Positions 9,898-10,326 of a stretch of DNA of 10,326 nucleotides are shown in pieces. The notes beneath the pieces are model-generated. The model had not been told where the DNA came from and did no database searches. It worked only from the letters and a program-made list of their open reading frames with translations. Source of the DNA: Octopus sinensis (taxonomy: Eukaryota); the NCBI RefSeq assembly GCF_006345805.1, contig NW_021827856.1, positions 1 to 10,326 of the forward strand. The letters are read 5' to 3'. A program made the position numbers and the translations under genes. The number at the start of each line of letters is the position of its first letter. The stretch's first letter is position 1.

Positions 9898-9967
9898 CAC
9901 TGGGGTTGATCTAATCAAACTAGCCCCGTTCCCTCGAAATTGCTGGCCTTGTGCCAAAATTGAAACC
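9898..9967 (+). mobile_element. 3'-end fragment of SINE family B
   Basis: CACTGGGGTTGATCTAATCAAAC...GAAATTGCTGGCCTTGTGCCAAAATTGAAACC is an imperfect reverse complement of 9726-9794. Confidence 0.72.
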
Positions 9968-9982
9968 TGTACAAGACTGCAT

Positions 9983-10140
9983 GCTGGCAGAATTGTTAAC
10001 AAGCCGAGCAAAATGCTCGGTGGCATTTCGTTCGTCTTCACCTTCTAAATTCTAATTCCGCCGAGACCGACTTTGCATTTCATGAAATCGGGATCCATAA
10101 AATAAGTAACACTTGAACGCTGGAGTCAATGTAATCAATT
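9983..10140 (+). mobile_element. SINE family B copy (3' tail missing)
   Basis: A-box-like TGGCAGAATTG head and a degenerate B-box (ATTCTAATTCC), then CCGAGACCGACTTTGCATTTCAT...AAAATAAGTA...TGGAGTCAATGTAATCAA. Matches the other copies in this window. Confidence 0.75.
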
Positions 10141-10156
10141 TAAAAACATTTTGATT

Positions 10157-10217
10157 ATTGTTGTTGCTATTGTTCTTGTTCTCGTCATCGTTGTTGATCT
10201 TGTTCTTGTTGCCGTTA
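10157..10217. repeat. Degenerate (TTG)n-like tract
   Basis: Direct reading of the sequence. Confidence 0.65.
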
Positions 10218-10224
10218 TTATATT

Positions 10225-10315
10225 GGTTTCAAATTTTGGCTCAAGACCAGCAGTTCTGCGGTGCTTACATTATCGATCTCTGAGACGATAAAAGGCGAAG
10301 TCGACTTCAGCAGAG
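10225..10315 (-). mobile_element. Internally deleted SINE family B copy
   Basis: GGTTTCAAATTTTGGCTCAAGACCAGCA matches 9726-9753. TTATCGATCTC...AAAGGCGAAGTCGACTTCAGCAGA matches the family body after an internal gap. Confidence 0.65.
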
Positions 10316-10326
10316 CGCTGATCGAA

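Noticed and set aside
8871-10041. ORFs 8871-9089, 8884-9081 and 9730-10041
   Set aside because: They lie within SINE sequence and show no recognisable domain.

Overview
Animal genomic DNA that is AT-rich, dense in microsatellites and apparently non-coding (intergenic or intronic). I found no host gene I can support. The interspersed repeats resemble those I recall from octopus (coleoid cephalopod) genomes; this taxon call is an inference and was not checked against a database. Main contents: (1) a 5'-truncated L1/Tx1-clade non-LTR retrotransposon on the minus strand (about 3081-4263). It carries a frameshifted ORF2 C-terminus with a CX2CX8HX4C zinc knuckle and a 3'UTR ending in AATAAA, and has (TAGA)n on both sides. 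(2) A 393-bp non-autonomous Helitron with canonical A|TC...hairpin-CTAG|T ends (4659-5051, minus). (3) A small fold-back element next to the Helitron (5093-5248). (4) A 201-bp TG...CA element with a 5-bp target-site duplication (7774-7974), probably a solo LTR. (5) Two families of tRNA-derived SINE-like repeats, with five pieces of one family clustered in mixed orientation at 9560-10315. (6) Many TA, CA and GATA microsatellites, which explain most of the listed ORFs. I see no convincing new multi-gene system. The best lead is possible (GATA)n-targeting by the Tx1-like element.
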